Shown one piece after another: positions 48,759 to 58,741 of a stretch of DNA of 64,000 nt. The notes beneath the pieces were generated by a model. That model did no database searches. It saw only the letters and a list, made by a program, of their open reading frames with translations, and was not told where the DNA came from. Location of the stretch: positions 389,152 through 453,151 of the forward strand of contig CACEDS010000001.1 of NCBI GenBank assembly GCA_902558395.1, read 5' to 3'. This stretch comes from an uncultured SAR86 cluster bacterium (GTDB lineage Bacteria > Pseudomonadota > Gammaproteobacteria > Magnimaribacterales > D2472). Made by a program: the position numbers and the translations under genes. How positions within the stretch are numbered: the first letter of the stretch is position 1; every line of letters begins with the position of its first letter.

Positions 48759-48775
48759 TTATTTTGCTTGTCTGA
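48748..48775 (+). promoter_or_regulatory. Sigma-E (RpoE/AlgU)-type promoter upstream of rpoE
   Basis: GAAACTT (48748-48754), a 16-nt spacer, then TCTGA (48771-48775), compared with the consensus GAACTT-N16/17-TCTGA. It lies 19 nt upstream of the rpoE start region. Confidence 0.55.
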
Positions 48776-48796
48776 CATGAAAAGGGACTTAAATTG

Positions 48797-49369
48797 ATGA
48801 AAAAAGACTCAACTATTGAAGATTCCTTATTAATTAAGAAGGCCCAAGATGGAAATGAAGGAGCATTTAATTTTTTAATGACTAAATATTATCCGAGAGT
48901 ATATGCATCTCTATATTCATTTACCAAGTCAAAAGAGGATTCAGAAGACCTTGCCCAGCAAACATTTATAAAAGTATGGCAACAAATTGCTACTTTTAGA
49001 GGAGATAGCGCATTTTTTACATGGGTTTATAGAATTGCTATTAATCTAGCAAAAAATCATTTTGTTAGTTCTTCATATAAAAAAGACAAGATAAATGTTT
49101 CAACAAGTGATACTGATTTTGATATTCCTTCTTATACGAATCCAGAACAGGACTTAATGCATGATGAGTCCTTGGATAAAATAAAAAAATATGTTGATAA
49201 ATTACCTGAAGCACTAAAGACTGCCTTTACACTGAGGGAGTCCGAAGGCAAAAGTTATGAGGAAATATCTACAATTACTGAAACACCAATAGGAACTGTT
49301 AGATCAAGAATATTTAGAGCGCGAGAAAATATTCTTACATATATATCGGAGGATCTATTAGATGGATAA
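48797..49369 (+). CDS. rpoE: ECF RNA polymerase sigma factor RpoE/AlgU
   Basis: About 190 aa with sigma-70 region 2 (DLAQQTFIKVW...FFTWVYRIAIN) and region 4 (SYEEISTITETPIGTVRSRIFRAR). Either ATG 48797 or TTG 48794 could be the start. Confidence 0.9.
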   Translation: MKKDSTIEDSLLIKKAQDGNEGAFNFLMTKYYPRVYASLYSFTKSKEDSEDLAQQTFIKVWQQIATFRGDSAFFTWVYRIAINLAKNHFVSSSYKKDKINVSTSDTDFDIPSYTNPEQDLMHDESLDKIKKYVDKLPEALKTAFTLRESEGKSYEEISTITETPIGTVRSRIFRARENILTYISEDLLDG

Positions 49370-50045
49370 CATAGAAGAAAAAATATCAGCTCTTTACGAT
49401 GGGGAGCTGAGCGATATAGAAGCCGATGAAGTGTTGCTGATGATAGAGAGTGATATTAATTTACAAAATAAACTATCAAAATATGCATTAATTACTGCTG
49501 CGATGAAACAACAAAATAACAATGTCCAGTCAATTACATCTAGTAGGAGAAGTAAAAAATTCAATTTTTGGGTCTCTAACTCAATTACTGCAGCTGCTAC
49601 AGTACTTATTACTTTTTTTGCCATCAACCAATTTGATTTAAATCGTATGGGAGAGGATTTATATGCTAAAAATCAGATAAATATTGCTGTTAACAGCAAA
49701 GAAGCTAAAGATACTGCAAGCAGAGCAGAAGAAAACCTTGTAGACCATGTTATGCAAGTAATTAACAACCAACAAAATGACAATATTGCTTCATACAATG
49801 TTGATTTAAGAAATGTTGGGTACACAAGAAATAGCCCAAATAGCAGAACGTACAATAAAGGTAATAAAAACTTTGTATTACATATTGAAAAAAAGAATTT
49901 AGGCATTAAAAAAGTAAGAAACTGGCAGCATCAAGATAAAATGATATACATTGTACCAATGCAGGATGGTAGAGTTATCACCTTGTATGGGAACATTGAT
50001 CAAAAATCTGCCATAGAAATAGCTAATTCGATAAATATCAAATAA
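49362..50045 (+). CDS. rseA: Anti-sigma-E factor RseA/MucA-like
   Basis: 227 aa. The N-terminal ISALYDGELSD matches the RseA_N signature. It has a single central TM segment and overlaps the rpoE end by 8 nt. Confidence 0.7.
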   Translation: MDNIEEKISALYDGELSDIEADEVLLMIESDINLQNKLSKYALITAAMKQQNNNVQSITSSRRSKKFNFWVSNSITAAATVLITFFAINQFDLNRMGEDLYAKNQINIAVNSKEAKDTASRAEENLVDHVMQVINNQQNDNIASYNVDLRNVGYTRNSPNSRTYNKGNKNFVLHIEKKNLGIKKVRNWQHQDKMIYIVPMQDGRVITLYGNIDQKSAIEIANSINIK

Positions 50046-50061
50046 TCAAAAGACAACGAAC

Positions 50062-51462
50062 ATGAAAAACTATAAAAAATTATTAACTCTATTTATATGT
50101 AACATCCTTATATCTTCAAATTTATTTGCTGCATTGCCTGAAAATATTTCTGAACTTGTAGAAAATTCAGCCCCAGCAGTAGTAAATATAACCTCAAAAA
50201 AAGAAGTTTCACAAAGGCAATCATTTGGTTATGGCGGTATTCCAGATGAAATGCTAGAAAGGTTTGGCATACCTAGACAGTTTCGTGAGATGCCACAAGA
50301 AAAAAGAGAAGCTACATCATACGGCTCAGGTTTTATACTAAAAGATAATTATATTTTAACTAATTATCATGTTGTTGAAGATGCAGCTGAGGTTATTGTT
50401 TCATTATCAGATAGAAGAGAATTTGTTGCTGAAATTGTAGGTGTTGATCCGCTCTCAGATCTAGCCTTATTAACTGTTGAGGGTAAAAATTTGCCACAAG
50501 TAACTGCTGGCGATAGTGATCAGTTAAAAGTAGGTGATTGGGTTGTAGCAATTGGGTCACCTTTTAGTTTTGATTTTTCAGTTACTGCTGGGATTGTTAG
50601 TGCTAAAGGTAGAAGCATTCAAAATAATAACATTGGAAATTATGTTCCTTTTTTGCAAACAGATGTTGCGATTAATCCCGGTAATTCAGGTGGACCTTTG
50701 TTTGATTTAGATGGCAAAGTTGTTGGTATTAATTCTCAAATTTATTCAAGAAGTGGAGGATATCAGGGTTTAGCTTTTGCAATTCCAATAAACGTAGCAA
50801 TTGACGTTGCTGAGCAAATTATTGAAAAAGGTGAAGTTTCAAGAGGATATCTTGGTGTAAGAATGAGTGAAGTAGATAGTGATTTAGCTGAAGCTTTGGG
50901 TATGAAGAAGCCATATGGAGCCCTTATAAATGATGTTGAAGAGGGTGAGTCTGCAGATAATGCTGGATTACTGCCTGGTGATGTAATAATAGAATTTGAT
51001 AACAAAGAAATAAAATTTAGCTCGGACTTGCCTCATGTTGTTGGCCAGATTCAACCAGAATCTATGGCAAAAGGAACAATAATTCGAGATGGCAAAGAAA
51101 TTGAACTTAAGTTTACTCTAGGTGAATTACCAGTTAATCAAGACTCATTCATACCAGCAAAATCGCAGGGATCGTCTGATCCAATAGGAATAAAGGTAGC
51201 AGAAATTGATAGAGATAACCCTTCGATGGCAAATTTACCTGATGGGGTGGTCGTATCAAGAGTTAATCCAGGGTCGCCTGCATCCGGCAAGGTTATGAGA
51301 GGCGACTTGATTACAATGATTCAGTATAAAGGCAGCAAATATGAAGTCTTTGATGTTGAATCTTATGAAGAAGCCATAGAAAACTTTTCTTCTGGAGATA
51401 AAATAGCTCTCCACCTTAATAGGAGCGGAAGTCGCATAATTAGATCAATTACGATTAATTAA
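50062..51462 (+). CDS. Periplasmic serine endoprotease DegP/MucD family (trypsin domain plus 2 PDZ)
   Basis: 466 aa with a signal peptide, catalytic triad regions TNYHVV, DLALL and GNSGGPL, and two PDZ-like segments. Confidence 0.9.
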   Translation: MKNYKKLLTLFICNILISSNLFAALPENISELVENSAPAVVNITSKKEVSQRQSFGYGGIPDEMLERFGIPRQFREMPQEKREATSYGSGFILKDNYILTNYHVVEDAAEVIVSLSDRREFVAEIVGVDPLSDLALLTVEGKNLPQVTAGDSDQLKVGDWVVAIGSPFSFDFSVTAGIVSAKGRSIQNNNIGNYVPFLQTDVAINPGNSGGPLFDLDGKVVGINSQIYSRSGGYQGLAFAIPINVAIDVAEQIIEKGEVSRGYLGVRMSEVDSDLAEALGMKKPYGALINDVEEGESADNAGLLPGDVIIEFDNKEIKFSSDLPHVVGQIQPESMAKGTIIRDGKEIELKFTLGELPVNQDSFIPAKSQGSSDPIGIKVAEIDRDNPSMANLPDGVVVSRVNPGSPASGKVMRGDLITMIQYKGSKYEVFDVESYEEAIENFSSGDKIALHLNRSGSRIIRSITIN

Positions 51463-51523
51463 AAGATAATAAGTCCTTGATACTCCTATATTTGCAATAT
51501 TGGCTGTAAAATAGCAGCACCTT

Positions 51524-53311
51524 ATGAAAAATATTAGAAATTTCTCAGTCATTGCCCATATTGATCATGGTAAATCGACCTTGTCTGATAGATTAATTGA
51601 GTATTGCGGGGGGCTATCAGCTAGAGAAATGTCAGAACAGATTCTGGACTCAATGGATATTGAAAGAGAAAGAGGAATCACTATTAAGGCTCAAGCTGTA
51701 ACCTTAGAGTATAAAAAAGATGATATAAATTATTTATTAAATTTTATTGATACTCCTGGACATGTTGATTTTTCATATGAAGTATCAAGATCGTTATCGG
51801 CATGTGAAGGTGCTTTACTTGTTGTAGATGGATCTCAAGGAGTTGAGGCTCAAACTTTAGCAAATTGTTATACAGCAGTTGATCAGGGGTTAGAAGTAGT
51901 ACCTGTTATTAACAAAATAGACTTACCTCAATCAGAGCCTGAAAGAGTTAAAAAAGAAATTGAAGAGATGATTGGCATTAATGCAGTCTCAGCACCTCTT
52001 GTGAGTGCAAAAACTGGAGTAGGTATTGAAGATTTATTAGATATGCTTATTACAGATATTCCCTCACCAGATGGAAGCTCAACTGAGCCATTGCAAGCAT
52101 TAATAGTTGATTCATGGTTTGATTCTTATTTAGGCGTTGTATCATTAATAAGAATAAAAAATGGTTCAATTAAGACTGGTCAAAAATTTAAAATTCATTC
52201 AACAGGACAATCTCATAATGTGGATGAATTAGGAATATTTTCACCCAAAAAGATTAAAAAAGATTTTTTATCAGCTGGTGAAGTGGGTTATTTAGTTGCT
52301 GGTATAAAAAATATTAAAGGTGCTCCCGTTGGAGATACTATTCTTGAGGCAGGCGATGAAAATACTCAACCTCTACCCGGTTTTAAAAAGGTAAATCCAA
52401 AGGTTTTTGCATCAATGTTCACTGTTAATTCTGATGATTACGAGAGGTTCAGAGATGCTCTTTCTAAACTTATATTAAATGACTCATCTCTTATTTATGA
52501 ACCAGAAGTTTCAGATGCTCTTGGATTTGGATTTAGATGTGGCTTTCTTGGAACTCTTCATATGGAAGTTATAAGAGAAAGGCTAGAAAGAGAATATGAT
52601 CTAGATCTTATATCTACCGCCCCATCTGTTGAATATGAAGTATTAAAAACAGACGGTGAAGTTATAAAAATTGACAATCCATCTCAACTACCTGTTCCAA
52701 ATGATATTGAGGAGATTAGAGAGCCAATTGTTAATACCACTATTTTGACACCCAATGAATATGTTGGAAACGTTATCACTCTTTGCACTGGTAAAAGAGG
52801 TGTGCAAAAGGATATGACTTATTTTGGAAACCAAGTTTCTATTGTTTTTGAAATGCCTTTATCATCAGTGATAGTAGACTTCTTTGATCAAATAAAATCA
52901 TCTACCAAGGGTTTTGCATCAATTGAATATTCTTTGATTGGATTTTTTAAGTCAGATTTAACTAAAATTGATATATTAATTAATAATCAAAAAATAGATG
53001 CTTTATCTATGATTGTTCATAAATCTTTTTCAACTCAAAAAGCTAGAGAAATTGCTGCAAATCTTCAAAAGCTTATACCAAGACAAATGTTTGATGTACC
53101 AATTCAAGTAGCTCTTGGTTCTAAAATTATTTCAAGAGAAACTGTAAAAGCCTTAAGAAAAAATGTAACAGCTAAATGTTATGGCGGCGACATTACTAGG
53201 AAAAAGAAACTACTTGAAAAACAAAAAGATGGAAAGAAAAAAATGAAGCAATTCGGTAAAGTATCAATACCACAAGACGCTTTCTTAAATTATTTTAAAT
53301 CTGGAGAATAG
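51524..53311 (+). CDS. lepA: Translation elongation factor 4 (LepA)
   Basis: 595 aa with [30 protein letters not shown] and the LepA-specific C-terminal domain. Confidence 0.98.
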   Translation: MKNIRNFSVIAHIDHGKSTLSDRLIEYCGGLSAREMSEQILDSMDIERERGITIKAQAVTLEYKKDDINYLLNFIDTPGHVDFSYEVSRSLSACEGALLVVDGSQGVEAQTLANCYTAVDQGLEVVPVINKIDLPQSEPERVKKEIEEMIGINAVSAPLVSAKTGVGIEDLLDMLITDIPSPDGSSTEPLQALIVDSWFDSYLGVVSLIRIKNGSIKTGQKFKIHSTGQSHNVDELGIFSPKKIKKDFLSAGEVGYLVAGIKNIKGAPVGDTILEAGDENTQPLPGFKKVNPKVFASMFTVNSDDYERFRDALSKLILNDSSLIYEPEVSDALGFGFRCGFLGTLHMEVIRERLEREYDLDLISTAPSVEYEVLKTDGEVIKIDNPSQLPVPNDIEEIREPIVNTTILTPNEYVGNVITLCTGKRGVQKDMTYFGNQVSIVFEMPLSSVIVDFFDQIKSSTKGFASIEYSLIGFFKSDLTKIDILINNQKIDALSMIVHKSFSTQKAREIAANLQKLIPRQMFDVPIQVALGSKIISRETVKALRKNVTAKCYGGDITRKKKLLEKQKDGKKKMKQFGKVSIPQDAFLNYFKSGE

Positions 53312-53312
53312 C

Positions 53313-54260
53313 TTGATATCGGACCCAATTTTTATAATTTCACTCATTGGAATGGCTGCTGTGCTTGTTGCATGGATTATTAGCGAAACAAAGGAAAGCT
53401 ATAAAGATAATTTTGTAGCAAAAAACTCATCTGTGCTGTCAACAGCTTTTGGATTAATGATGCTTTATAGCATCTTCATTAATGCGGGTGATTTAAGTAT
53501 TGTTCTTTTAGTAGGCTCAGTTATTTCTCTTTTAGTACTTTTAGTTGGCTTGTTTCTTAAAAATAATGAAATTATTTCGTCTTCGAGAGGCTATTTTATT
53601 CCTATTTTTCTTATATTTATATTGAGAACTTTTATTTATGAGCCATACCAAATTCCGTCTGGATCAATGATGCCTGGTCTAAAAGTAGGAGATTTTTTAC
53701 TTGTCGATAAAAACTCTTATGGATATAAAATTAATAGAATAGGCAACCCACTATCATCTCAAAGCGACCCTCAATATGGTGATGTTGTTGTGTTTGTTCC
53801 TCAACATAATCCAGTACCTTATGTAAAAAGACTAATTGGCATGCCTGGAGACAAAATTAGAATTATTAATAAACAAGTTTATGTAAACGATAAGCCAATT
53901 AAGAAAACATTTTACAAAACAAAAGAAGAGCAAATCACTAAAAGGTATAGAGATCTATCAGGAAAAATTACATCAAAAGAATCTAATGTACTTGTTGATT
54001 ATTATTATGAAGAACATGGAAATAGGAAGTTTTTAACCAGAAACATTCGTGGTGAAAACATTCAGTATCCCTCTGAATGGACTGTACCTAGCGGGAATTA
54101 TTTTGTAATGGGAGATAACAGAGATAACTCAAATGATAGTACAAAAGATGTTGGGTTTGTTCCGAGAGAAAATTTCTTTGGGGAAGCTAGTTATCTTTTT
54201 ATGACTTGGGAGTGTTGGACATGTCTTCCATATTTCTCAAGAGTTGGCACAATTAATTAA
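53313..54260 (+). CDS. lepB: Signal peptidase I
   Basis: 315 aa, TTG start, with SGSMMPGL (catalytic Ser), YVKRLIGMPGD (Lys) and GDNRDNSNDS. Confidence 0.9.
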   Translation: MISDPIFIISLIGMAAVLVAWIISETKESYKDNFVAKNSSVLSTAFGLMMLYSIFINAGDLSIVLLVGSVISLLVLLVGLFLKNNEIISSSRGYFIPIFLIFILRTFIYEPYQIPSGSMMPGLKVGDFLLVDKNSYGYKINRIGNPLSSQSDPQYGDVVVFVPQHNPVPYVKRLIGMPGDKIRIINKQVYVNDKPIKKTFYKTKEEQITKRYRDLSGKITSKESNVLVDYYYEEHGNRKFLTRNIRGENIQYPSEWTVPSGNYFVMGDNRDNSNDSTKDVGFVPRENFFGEASYLFMTWECWTCLPYFSRVGTIN

Positions 54261-54922
54261 TGCTTTATAAAGATCTTCAAAATCGATTGGGTTATAGATT
54301 CAAGGATGAAGCACTTATCGAACTTGCTTTAACACATAAAAGTTTTAGCAATATTTCAAACAATGAAAGACTTGAATTTTTAGGAGATTCAATTCTTAAT
54401 TCTATTATTTCAGAATATCTTTTCAATAAATTTAATAACCAAAAAGAAGGCCTGTTAACAAGAATGAGAGCCTATCTTGTTAAAGCCGAAACTTTAACCA
54501 TTAAAGCAGAAGAGCTATCTTTAGAAAAAGTTGTAAAACTATCTAAGGGTACTGCAAATTTATCAAAAGAACGAAAAAATTCAATTTTAGAAGGCGCATT
54601 TGAAGCGGTTATAGGAGCAATCTTTATCGATGGTGGTTGGGATGCCGCGAAAGACATTACTTTAAAAGCTTTTAATAAAAATTTAGCAGCATTATCTGAA
54701 GATATGACTTTTAAGGATGCAAAAACAGAATTGCAGGAATTATTTCAATCTCTAAAAAGCGATCTACCAAAATATATTATTGAAGACATTGGTAAGGGTA
54801 AATTTTTATGTACAGTCAATTACAAAGATATGGTATTTGAATCCTCAGGCACATCAAAAAGAATAGCTGAAACAAATGTTGCGATGAAACTTTTAGCATA
54901 CATAAAACAGAATAATGTCTAA
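54260..54922 (+). CDS. rnc: Ribonuclease III
   Basis: 220 aa with the signature NERLEFLGDS and a C-terminal dsRBD. Confidence 0.95.
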   Translation: MLYKDLQNRLGYRFKDEALIELALTHKSFSNISNNERLEFLGDSILNSIISEYLFNKFNNQKEGLLTRMRAYLVKAETLTIKAEELSLEKVVKLSKGTANLSKERKNSILEGAFEAVIGAIFIDGGWDAAKDITLKAFNKNLAALSEDMTFKDAKTELQELFQSLKSDLPKYIIEDIGKGKFLCTVNYKDMVFESSGTSKRIAETNVAMKLLAYIKQNNV

Positions 54923-55817
54923 AAGCTACTGCGGATATATCTCCATCATTGGAAAGCCCAATGTAGGAAAGTCAACAATTCTAAATCATATTTTAGGAAA
55001 AAAAATATCGATTACCTCAAGAAAATCACAAACTACTAGAAATAATATTTTGGGAATTAAGACCGAAGGCAATAAGCAGATGATATATGCAGACACACCA
55101 GGCATGCATATTAAATCACCTAAGGTTATGAATAAGGTATTAAATCGCTCTGCTGAAAGTTTAATGGAAGATTCAGATATTATTCTTTTTGTTATTCAGA
55201 GATTAACGCTTGATGAGCAAGATTTATCAGTACTTAAGAAACTTAAACAGATTGATACAAAAGTTATATGTGTTGTAAACAAAGTTGATCAAGTTACAGA
55301 TAAAAATAAATTACTACCACTTATAGATAGACTCTCAAATGAATATAATTTTCTAGACATCATACCAATATCAGCAATTAATAATAACGGTATACATGAG
55401 TTAGAAAATCTTATAAAAAAATATCTCCCAGAAAACGAACATTTATATGATAAAAATGCAGAATCTAGCTCTCATAAAGACATGTTCATGATTTCTGAGC
55501 TTATTCGAGAAAAAATTATTAGAATGCTTGGGGACGAGTTGCCTCATGATACATTTGTGCAAGTTGAGTTATTTGAAGACGAGGAAGCACTGATTAAAAT
55601 TCATGCAGTTATATTTGTAGCTAGAAATAGCCAAAAGCAGATAGTTATTGGAAAAAATGGAAACACATTAAAAAAAATTGGCAAACAGGCCAGAATTGAG
55701 ATCGAAGAGTACTTTAATAAAAAAGTTTTTTTAAAAACATGGGTAAAGGTTAAAAAGAATTGGAATACAGATTCTGATTATCTTCAAAGCTTAGGGGTTG
55801 GCGGTAGCTATGACTAA
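54915..55817 (+). CDS. era: GTPase Era
   Basis: 300 aa with GKPNVGKST, DTPG, NKVD and a C-terminal KH domain (VIGKNGNTLKKIG). Confidence 0.95.
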   Translation: MSKSYCGYISIIGKPNVGKSTILNHILGKKISITSRKSQTTRNNILGIKTEGNKQMIYADTPGMHIKSPKVMNKVLNRSAESLMEDSDIILFVIQRLTLDEQDLSVLKKLKQIDTKVICVVNKVDQVTDKNKLLPLIDRLSNEYNFLDIIPISAINNNGIHELENLIKKYLPENEHLYDKNAESSSHKDMFMISELIREKIIRMLGDELPHDTFVQVELFEDEEALIKIHAVIFVARNSQKQIVIGKNGNTLKKIGKQARIEIEEYFNKKVFLKTWVKVKKNWNTDSDYLQSLGVGGSYD

Positions 55818-56505
55818 TAATGACTGGGATGAATGTTTTCTTTTACATCATCGACCGCATGGTGAGACGAGCTTAATTGTAGATGTATTTACAAAAAAAA
55901 ATGGAAAAATGTCATTCATTGCTAAGGGAGCTAAAAAACCTAAGTCAAAATTTTTTGGTTATTTAACTCCATTTACTAAATTAAGGATCACATACACAGG
56001 AAGGTCCGAGCTAAAAACATTAACAAATATAGACAGAGACTTTTCAGAATCAACAAATAGTCTTTCAAAAACAAGTTATAGTCTTCTTTATATTAATGAG
56101 TTGTTAATAAGGCTTCTTCCAAAAGATGCAGTGCATGAAGATTTATTTCAGTTATATGAAAGTTTTTTAGTAAAAATTCATGCAGGAGAAAATATTGAAC
56201 TTACCTTAAGAAGCTTTGAATTGGATATGCTTGAAATGCTGGGCTATGGATTAGATTTTGAAAATGAAATAGATAAAAATCTATCAATTGATGTTAATAA
56301 GAATTATTCATTTATTCCAGAAAGAGGTTTTAGAGAGTCAAAAAACTCTAATTTTTCAGGAAAAGATATTATAAATATACGCATGAGAAACCTTTCAGAG
56401 GTTTCAAAAAAACACCTTAAGCATATTACCCAAGAAGCTATACATTTTTGTTTGGACGGAAGAAATTTATCAAGTAGAGAAATTTTCAGGAGAATCAAAC
56501 AATGA
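55798..56505 (+). CDS. recO: DNA repair protein RecO
   Basis: 235 aa with an OB-fold N-terminus, in the conserved position after era. Confidence 0.8.
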   Translation: MAVAMTNNDWDECFLLHHRPHGETSLIVDVFTKKNGKMSFIAKGAKKPKSKFFGYLTPFTKLRITYTGRSELKTLTNIDRDFSESTNSLSKTSYSLLYINELLIRLLPKDAVHEDLFQLYESFLVKIHAGENIELTLRSFELDMLEMLGYGLDFENEIDKNLSIDVNKNYSFIPERGFRESKNSNFSGKDIINIRMRNLSEVSKKHLKHITQEAIHFCLDGRNLSSREIFRRIKQ

Positions 56506-56879
56506 TTTTCGGTATAGGAACAGACATAGTAAAAATCTCTAGAATTGAAGATATGAAATCTTTATCAAGATTTGCAGAGAAAATACTATCAACTGAAGAG
56601 CATAAATTGGCCTCATCATATAAAGATGAAAAACTAATTAAATTTTTAGCAAAACAATTTGCAGGAAAAGAAGCTATCTCAAAAGCTTTTGGAACTGGAA
56701 TAAGAAAACCAATCTTATTTAAGGATATTGAGATCTTAAGGGATGAAAATGGTAAGCCATTATTAAATCCATTAGGTGGAGTAAAAAAAACTATGATTAA
56801 CTTGGGTATATCTAAGTCTCATGTTAGTCTTGCAGACGAAAATGATTATGCAATAGCATTTGCTATATTAGAGTTATGA
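56502..56879 (+). CDS. acpS: Holo-[acyl-carrier-protein] synthase
   Basis: 125 aa with MIFGIGTDIVKISRI, FAGKEAISKA and ISKSHVSLADENDYAIAFAILE. Confidence 0.9.
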   Translation: MIFGIGTDIVKISRIEDMKSLSRFAEKILSTEEHKLASSYKDEKLIKFLAKQFAGKEAISKAFGTGIRKPILFKDIEILRDENGKPLLNPLGGVKKTMINLGISKSHVSLADENDYAIAFAILEL

Positions 56880-57520
56880 AAAATATTATTTTGTTAGGCC
56901 CTCCGGGTGCAGGAAAGGGTACACAAGCTGATTTAATTTGTGAACTATGCAATATTCCTAAAATTAGTACCGGCGACATGCTGAGAGAGGCTGTTGCTTC
57001 AGGGAGTGATTTTGGAAAAAAAGTTTCAAATATTCTTGATACAGGTGGCCTGGTCTCAGATGAAATAATAGGTGAGCTAATTAAAAATCGATTAACACAA
57101 TCTGATTGTATTAATGGCTCTTTATTTGATGGAGTCCCAAGGACCTTAGGCCAAGCAGCTGAGTTAAAGAATATGGGAATTAACTTTACACATGTTATTG
57201 AGATTCAGGTAGATGATGAAGTTATTGTTAGAAGAATGTCTGGAAGAAGAGTTCATCCAGGCTCAGGTAAAAACTATCATATTGACTTTAATCCTCCACA
57301 AATAGAAGGAAAAGACGATGAAACTGGCGAACCTTTAATTCAAAGAGAGGATGATAAACCAGAAACAGTTCTTAAAAGATTAGCCGTATATCATGATCAA
57401 ACAAAACCTTTATCAGATTTTTATTCAAATCAAGCTCTTGAGAGTAATTTAAAATATATTACAGTTGATGGATCACAGTCTGTAGATGATGTTTTTAATT
57501 TGATATCTAGTCAAATATAA
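56876..57520 (+). CDS. adk: Adenylate kinase
   Basis: 214 aa with GPPGAGKGTQ, a Cys-less LID region (Gram-negative type) and RxDD. Confidence 0.97.
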   Translation: MKNIILLGPPGAGKGTQADLICELCNIPKISTGDMLREAVASGSDFGKKVSNILDTGGLVSDEIIGELIKNRLTQSDCINGSLFDGVPRTLGQAAELKNMGINFTHVIEIQVDDEVIVRRMSGRRVHPGSGKNYHIDFNPPQIEGKDDETGEPLIQREDDKPETVLKRLAVYHDQTKPLSDFYSNQALESNLKYITVDGSQSVDDVFNLISSQI

Positions 57521-57525
57521 GCTTG

Positions 57526-57957
57526 ATGAATGTTATAGCTATACAGAGTTCTGGAAATCAAACTTCTCTATGTGCAATCATTAAAGATGATGTCGTTCAG
57601 TATTCCCTCAAACATGAAAGAAAAGAAAGACCAAATTGGTCAGAAATGCTTTCAAACATAGGGCTTGATTCTTTTTTTACGCTAGAAGAGATCGATATTT
57701 TTGCATATGCAAATAATTCAAACTCATACACAGCCACACGAAGCGTTGCAGCTTATTTGAAAGGAATTACTTCGGCTATTAGCAAACCTCTAATTGTTAT
57801 CGACTCAGATGATGTTGATAACTTAGATTCTGATGCGGTAGCTAAAAAAGCTTTAGAGATGTATCTAGATTCAAAAAATAAATCAGACTTATTTAAACCA
57901 GATACCGCAAACCCTATTTATTCATCAATACCTCAATACAAAAAAGTAAATGAATGA
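57526..57957 (+). CDS. Truncated/degenerate TsaB (YeaZ)-like protein
   Basis: About 143 aa. VIAIQSSGNQTSLCAI aligns with ILAIDTATEACSVAL of TsaB. IDIFAYANNSNSYTATRSVAAYLKGI aligns with the GPGSFTGVRIG region, but the motif is degenerate. The C-terminal ANPIYS is like the A.PVYLR tail. Confidence 0.45.
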   Translation: MNVIAIQSSGNQTSLCAIIKDDVVQYSLKHERKERPNWSEMLSNIGLDSFFTLEEIDIFAYANNSNSYTATRSVAAYLKGITSAISKPLIVIDSDDVDNLDSDAVAKKALEMYLDSKNKSDLFKPDTANPIYSSIPQYKKVNE

Positions 57958-58741
57958 AGTTCTTCTAAGCTTTCTTTTAGGTTTAATACAAGGATTAACA
58001 GAATTCTTACCAATTTCAAGCTCGGCACATTTATTATTTCCAGCTTTATTATTCGGAACAGATAATCTTGGATTAGCATTTGATATAGCCGTTCATGCAG
58101 GAACACTGCTTGCTGTAATATATTTTTTCAGAACTGAGATTAAACTTATGATTAAGTCTTTAACTTCTAGAAATAATAATTTTAATGACAACAGAAAACT
58201 TGCATATTTATTAATAATTGCAACTATTCCAATTGTCATCGCAGGTCTACTTGGGAAAGATTTTATAGAATCAAATAGAAATAGTATTGCTAGCATTGCA
58301 TACATGAATCTTTTATTTGCTGGCTTTTTGCTTTTTGCATACAAATATAGCGCTTCATCTAAAAGCTTAATTGAGCTAACAATTGCTGGTGCTATTTTTA
58401 TAGGTATATTTCAGGTTTTTGCCTTATTTCCAGGAGCATCAAGATCAGGGACAGCAATGACAGCTGCTTTATTAATTGGATTAAATTTAAAAGACTCGTC
58501 AAAATTTGCTTTTTTATTGGCAATACCAACTATTTTTGGTGCACTAGTTTTTTTAATTGGGGATATGGTTCTATATGAAACTAAGATTAATATCATCTCT
58601 TTAGTTGTTGGTTTTTTAACTTCATGCATTGTTGCTTTTCTTACTATTAAGTATTTTTTAATTTTTGTGGAAAAAATTGGCATGTATCCATTTGTAATTT
58701 ATAGGATTTTATTGGGAGTTCTGTTACTAGCTCTAATATGA
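57950..58741 (+). CDS. uppP: Undecaprenyl-diphosphate phosphatase
   Basis: 263 aa with GLIQGLTEFLPISSSAHL and PGASRSGTAMTAAL, the BacA/UppP signatures. Confidence 0.93.
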   Translation: MNEVLLSFLLGLIQGLTEFLPISSSAHLLFPALLFGTDNLGLAFDIAVHAGTLLAVIYFFRTEIKLMIKSLTSRNNNFNDNRKLAYLLIIATIPIVIAGLLGKDFIESNRNSIASIAYMNLLFAGFLLFAYKYSASSKSLIELTIAGAIFIGIFQVFALFPGASRSGTAMTAALLIGLNLKDSSKFAFLLAIPTIFGALVFLIGDMVLYETKINIISLVVGFLTSCIVAFLTIKYFLIFVEKIGMYPFVIYRILLGVLLLALI

